Below, in pieces: positions 56,091-64,000 of a stretch of DNA of 64,000 nt. The stretch's first letter is position 1. Each line of letters opens with the position of its first letter. The stretch is taken from positions 3,968,001 to 4,032,000 of the forward strand of contig OZ024754.1 of NCBI GenBank assembly GCA_964016885.1. Reading direction: 5' to 3'. A program made the translations under genes and the position numbers. Source of the DNA: Eledone cirrhosa. Its lineage: Eukaryota. The notes under the pieces were generated by a model that searched no databases, was not told the origin of the DNA, and saw nothing but the letters and a program-made list of their open reading frames with translations.

Positions 56091-56557
56091 CATGGCTAAC
56101 CAATTTATCTGGGATACCGTTACTACGTCAGTTGTGGCTAAATCTAAATGTTATTGAAGAATTGTGTAAGTGGACAGCGGCCATTTTCTTCGACATCAAA
56201 TGGTACTTAATGTTAACTTGGCGCACTTATTGGTTAATAATATTCTTTAGATATTTTACATTCTGTAGTTATATAATATTTTTAGATTATTTCCTACATA
56301 CAATGTTGTTGCTGTTGTTTGTCTATTTGTTAGGTCATTTTTCTTCACTTCTGTTGGTATTGTTTCTATCTTTTTAACTTCATAAAGAAATATTTTATGA
56401 CAATGTAACTTCTCTGCTTTTTACTCTCTAGATACATCTCAAGTGTTTGTCTTTGATTCTGGAAAACATCAATTATAACTTCTTTTCCTCTTCTCTCAGC
56501 GTTTATTTCCTCAGACATTTGCAGGAACTCTACACAAGTGCATACAACATTCTTTTT

Positions 56558-56639
<82 letters not shown>

Positions 56640-56925
56640 TATTCTCTCAAGTTTTCACTCATTCACTCTGTCGCTTTCCACCGGCCCTTCAACATCTACT
56701 AGTTCTCTTCATTTTACTATACATCTCTTAATTCTTGGTTTATGGTTCCTCTTTTCCCCGACACTGGCTGCTTTGTAGAACTTCTGCTAGGGGAGATATT
56801 TTCAGGTCAATTGTGTTGTTCTATTGGCATTCACTGGTGCATAATGATTAAATAACAAGTGAATGTCCACTATCTTTTGTGAATAGAACTTTACTTGTTG
56901 GTAGTGAGGTTGATGTCAATAATAC

Positions 56926-57082
56926 TGACGATGATGATGATGAGTATGTGATGAGGTTGATGCTGATGATGATGATGACGATGACGACGACGATAATGAT
57001 GACGATGATATTGATGATAATGATGATGATGATAATGATGATGATGATGGTGATGATAATGATGATGATGACAACGACGATA

Positions 57083-57120
<38 letters not shown>

Positions 57121-57190
57121 AATGATGATGATGGTGATGATAATGATGATGATGATGCTGATGACGATGATGATGATGACAACGACGATA

Positions 57191-57234
<44 letters not shown>

Positions 57235-57448
57235 AATGATGATGATGATGGTGATGATAATGATGATGATAATGATGATGATGATGCTGATGACGATGAT
57301 GATGATGACGACGACGATAATGATGATGATGATGATGATGCTGATGATGATGATGATCACGGGCGTTTATCAGGACCACGATGGATATGGATATAGGTGG
57401 ACGTGTTGGTGGTGAATACTTTGAAGATGATGATGATGATGATGGTGG

Positions 57449-57500
<52 letters not shown>
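56926..57500. repeat. (GAT)n-based compound microsatellite with higher-order repeats
   Basis: Direct reading. Confidence 0.95.
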
Positions 57501-57574
57501 ACCGAGAAGCGTCATAGTGATAGCTCCGAGGGTAGAGACGAACAAAACGTTTTGGAGGAATATTAAGTGAAATG

Positions 57575-58118
<544 letters not shown>

Positions 58119-58200
58119 AAGCAGAGATTAGAACGAATAAGTTTTGTCGGAAGCAAATACCGCTGGAAGGAGAGAAAACATACATACTACACACACACAA

Positions 58201-58257
<57 letters not shown>

Positions 58258-58264
58258 CACACAA

Positions 58265-58325
<61 letters not shown>

Positions 58326-58332
58326 CACACAA

Positions 58333-58423
<91 letters not shown>

Positions 58424-59364
58424 TTGTATGTATATATGTAATATTGCCGCTGGAAGAACACTCCGGAAGATGATTTTATTCTAGTTCGATAAAATCACAA
58501 GCAAAACATGCCCCAATTATTCTATACTGTATACATTAGTCCTCTTCTGATACTAGTTACATTGTATTGAATAGATTTAAACACACTTATGTATATAAAT
58601 ATCCTCCCGCTGTCTCTCTCCCTCTCTCTCTGTCTCTCTCTCTCTCTATATATATATATAGAGAGAGAGAGAGATGTATATACATAAGTGTATGTATATA
58701 TATAGAGATATAATGTCTCTCTAAGTTAGTGATTGAGATAAACATGTAGCAGTAAATATATCTAATTATTGACAATATATTTCCTCATTGTCTACTACAG
58801 AATGTTATTTCCATCTATTCCATACTCCATCTATCTGCTCCATGTTGTTATCATGTGCTTTTGTTTCAAGGCTATGTTACCTTATGATCAGATTGAATTA
58901 AAACCTCGCTATCTTGTTCTGACAAGTATTTATGCATCTCATATATATATATATAGATATATATATATATATATATATATATGCATATTATAGAAACTTG
59001 TCTAACTTCTCCTTGTTTTCCGTTATCAAGGAATAAGTAGATAAGCTGGGAGGTGGTGAACAGTTTCGAGAATGAAAAGAAGAAAAAGAGAAGGAAACGA
59101 AAGTACAGAATGGATACAGAGTTAAGTTGAATGTAATATACGTACATTTGACGATGGTCATAGCAAGAGGAATAAAATGGAGGACACTTTTGAGCACAGA
59201 AAATTGGTAAATGTGTATTATACACACTCACACCAATGCATCTGTCTATCTGTCTCAAAGTATATGAGTTTTTATACACGTATATATATATATATATATA
59301 TATTATAGATAAGGTTAATATACAATTTCCATATGACAAATAATATATTAAGCTTATGTATATC

Positions 59365-59462
<98 letters not shown>

Positions 59463-60220
59463 GAATGAGAAATGTAACGTAATGTGTATATAGGCATACG
59501 TGTGTAGGTGAGAGTGTATGTTTAGTGAGGATGTGTGTCTGTGTGTCTGTTTCTCTGTGTGTGTGTATATAACATCGCAGTCTTGTTATACCTCAGAACT
59601 CATATCCTAGCATACCATATTATCGTATTATACAAATTAGTTCTTGCAAAATTTTTCTCTCTTTACCATGCATTCATAATTTCCCTATTTCTTCCTCTAT
59701 AAATAGCTATTGACATAGATTTCGTCTGTATCTCTGGCTATGTTCTTGTGTATCAGTGTGCCAACTTGTATGTTTGCAAATGTATACTTGTCATTCTATG
59801 CGTATATGCCTATATAAATGTGAATGCATGTTTGTCAGTGTTTTCTGTCTGTTTTTCTGTTTGTGTGTATGGATATATGTATGTGTTATTGGTGTTCATT
59901 TTGAGGTTTTCAATTCCACAAATTTTCGCTAATGCACTTAAATAGGAAGTGAATATCACAACAGCAAATATTTGCTAAGCTTAAATCAATAATAAGGTTA
60001 TATTATACTCACAGCCGAATGATTCTTCATTACGAAATATACACATATCCGTAAAGATAAACATATCCATATATGAATGTTTGTGTACATATATACACGG
60101 AATCATACATACATTCAAACATACCTGCATGCTTATGTTCGCACACATTCATATATAATATATATATATGGGGGTGGTTAAATTGGGGTTAACCACACTA
60201 GAGTGTTAACATTATTTAAA

Positions 60221-60438
60221 GGGCGGTGGATTGGTAGTAAGAGCGGTGGATTGGTAGTATCGGTAGAGGGTCGGACGCCATGCTTTGCAGCAAAGAGTTA
60301 CGGCCCTTTATGGTCTGAGTTCAAATCCCGTCGAGGTTAACTTTGTCTTTCATCCTTACGGGATCGATAAAATAAAGTACCAGTAATATACTGGGTAATT
60401 TGCTGGCCTTGTGCCTAAAGTAGAAACAATTATTATTT
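60221..60438 (+). mobile_element. SINE family A, full length, with a duplicated 5' end
   Basis: GCGGTGGATTGGTAGTA occurs twice at the head; ATTATTTAA flanks both sides. Confidence 0.92.
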
Positions 60439-60919
60439 AATGTAGAAATGGCTTCGACATTACTAAATCTGTTTCATTCGTATGAAATCATCAAGGATGC
60501 ATTTCAGTTGCCTTCATAGAAACGAAACAGTTATAGTCTTGTAGAATCCATTATATATATATATATGAAGTATTTCCGTAGAAAGAGTAAGTTAAGGGAG
60601 AGTGCTCTATCTATACTACAGATCTATTTAATCATAATTATATATATATATTTATATATATATTTGCTGCCAATAAAAACACACGCACCTGTTGGATTTT
60701 ATTTCTATTTATTATCAAATTTCTCCAGTTGGTTAGTTTAATAACCAGTTGGTTGTTCAGTACTTGATTATCATCAAAGGGCTTTCATCACACATTCTGT
60801 GAACTCCTCCTCAGTGACTTCTTCTGTTGTTATTTTGTGTCTCTCCTTTGTTGTCATAACCCATCTTATTTTTGTATATACATGTATGTGTGTAAGTGAG
60901 TGTGAGTGTATATATGAAC

Positions 60920-60998
<79 letters not shown>

Positions 60999-61114
60999 TA
61001 TATATATATATATACATAAAGATAGATATATGTATGTGTGTGTGGCCATCCACATATAGTTTGCAGATTACATGGTACAAATTTAGGCGAAGTGCTTGAC
61101 ATTCATACAGTAGT

Positions 61115-61115
<1 letters not shown>

Positions 61116-61146
<31 letters not shown>

Positions 61147-61147
61147 G

Positions 61148-61210
<63 letters not shown>

Positions 61211-61245
61211 GAGATAAATAGATAGATAGAGAGATAGAGAGATAG
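61116..61245. repeat. (GATA)n microsatellite
   Basis: Direct reading; a further (TATC)n tract lies at 48476-48543. Confidence 0.95.
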
Positions 61246-61788
61246 TAAAATGGGCAGATGGATGGATATATAATTACAAACACACAAATAGAAAAGCATA
61301 CATACATACATTTATTCATACCTTTCATCAAATACGCTGTTTTAGATAAAAACGTAAAACAAACCAAAAGAAAATAATAATAATAATAATAAACAGTACC
61401 AGAATGATTTCGTTACATAAAGTTGGATGCTTTATCTCTTGTAGTATTGCAAAAGAGAATGTACTACTTAAAAGGTCAGAGAAACTTCACATTTTATGCT
61501 GAAAGTGACTTCAGCCATATGCTCTTAAAAATAATTAGTTTGAAAATTGCACTATATAGCCCGAAAGGAATATTGAGTGTTCTAACTAATGAGAAGAACC
61601 TAGGGAAATTTGTTTATCATTTTTTCAATCTCTATTTTTTTTAAATTCATTTAATGTATATATATATATATATATGTGTGTGTGTGCGTGTGTGTGTTTG
61701 CTTATATGTATATGTAAATGTATACATGTGTACGTATATATATACATGAATCGTTATGTATGTGTATATATGTATATGAAGATGTATA

Positions 61789-61849
<61 letters not shown>

Positions 61850-61948
61850 ATCTATGCATATAAGCGTATATATATATATATATATATATTTGTACGTGTG
61901 TATATATGTACATGCCTGACTGTATAATTGTGTTGATGTATCTGTTTG

Positions 61949-61980
<32 letters not shown>

Positions 61981-61985
61981 CTGTG

Positions 61986-62034
<49 letters not shown>

Positions 62035-62038
62035 TGTG

Positions 62039-62154
<116 letters not shown>

Positions 62155-62688
62155 TGTGTATTTATATATATATATATATATATACTATATATATATATAT
62201 ATATACAAACACACATTATTTTTTCTTCTTTTAATTGTTGAACAAAATAACTTCTAACAGAATTAGACGAAAAGAAAAAAAGAAGGATGAAAGCAAGGCA
62301 AATAAAAATGATATACTCACTAACTAGTGATGAATGAAATATGAAGTAGACACCCACCTGCATTGAAATGTTTCTACAAGTAGAATAATTATTGGAATTC
62401 TGTTCAGGAATTAGAGATCTTGTGTGCGTTAATTTAATTATATTCCCTTCCAGTGGAGCATACATAGTATAAGGTGTTACAGATTAATGTTGTCCATGCA
62501 AGTAACCATAATTTGAACATAGCTGAAGATATGCATCAATATGAATTTCTGGAGTGATGCTATGAGGTCAATCATCTTGAAAGAAATAGCAGTCAAATCT
62601 TCTTCAATTTTCACACGTTTATGTTTATTTAAATTGTCACATTTTGCAGCATGGAATATGGTAGATGGTACATATCTAAGTCCATTGT

Positions 62689-63601
<913 letters not shown>

Positions 63602-63772
63602 CGACTCAGCGTAACACAGAATGTGACAAGACTGGCCGTTCGAATTGCAGGTACAACTCATTTTTGCCAGCTGAGTGGACTGGAGCAACGTGAAATAAAG
63701 TGTCTTGGTATCGAACTCCCAATCCTACGGTTATGAGCCGCATACCCTAAACAGAAATCCATGTTCCTTCAC
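63602..63772 (-). mobile_element. CORE-type SINE (family B relative), internally deleted
   Basis: GGAGCAACGTGAAATAAAGTGTCTTG matches 27597-27621; ATCGAACTC is a B-box on the minus strand. Confidence 0.8.
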
Positions 63773-64000
63773 TTTTTACCAGTAATTCAAAGATAACTTC
63801 TTGGGATATTGTTTTAAACTGAATCTTCCTGAGAACTATTTTAATGTTACATATATGTGCGTATCTAGGGATTAAGTAAGCCTGATGATCAATTGAGCGG
63901 ATACCTCAAATGTATTCGTAGAAAGTGACGGAGGATCTATTAAATATATATATTTAAATAGATGTGTGTGTGTACGTGTGTGAATGTATACATATATGTA

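Overview
This is AT-rich eukaryotic DNA, dense in microsatellites and transposon relics. The SINE types and extreme (TA)n/(CA)n/(GA)n load resemble octopus or another coleoid cephalopod; that is an inference from recalled repeat families, not a database result. I found no host protein-coding exon, rRNA, genuine tRNA gene or CRISPR array, and nearly all listed ORFs are translations of simple repeats. The window holds about 14 copies of one tRNA-derived SINE (three with clear target-site duplications) and about 5 copies of CORE-type SINEs. It also holds 3' fragments of non-LTR retrotransposons: Tx1/L1-like with a CCHC knuckle, two RTE-type, one CRE-like, and possibly a decayed Penelope endonuclease. 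A 97-unit, 51-bp G-rich minisatellite lies at 12422-17367. Three things merit a second look. First, several unrelated short fold-back elements, mostly beside (TA)n tracts, some carrying hammerhead-ribozyme-like cores, consistent with Penelope-like inverted pseudo-LTRs. Second, a Tx1-like element that appears to insert into (GATA)n. Third, the minisatellite, whose minus-strand frame is open across ~5.6 kb apart from one homopolymer indel. All coordinates and alignments were read by eye; decayed-element ends are approximate.
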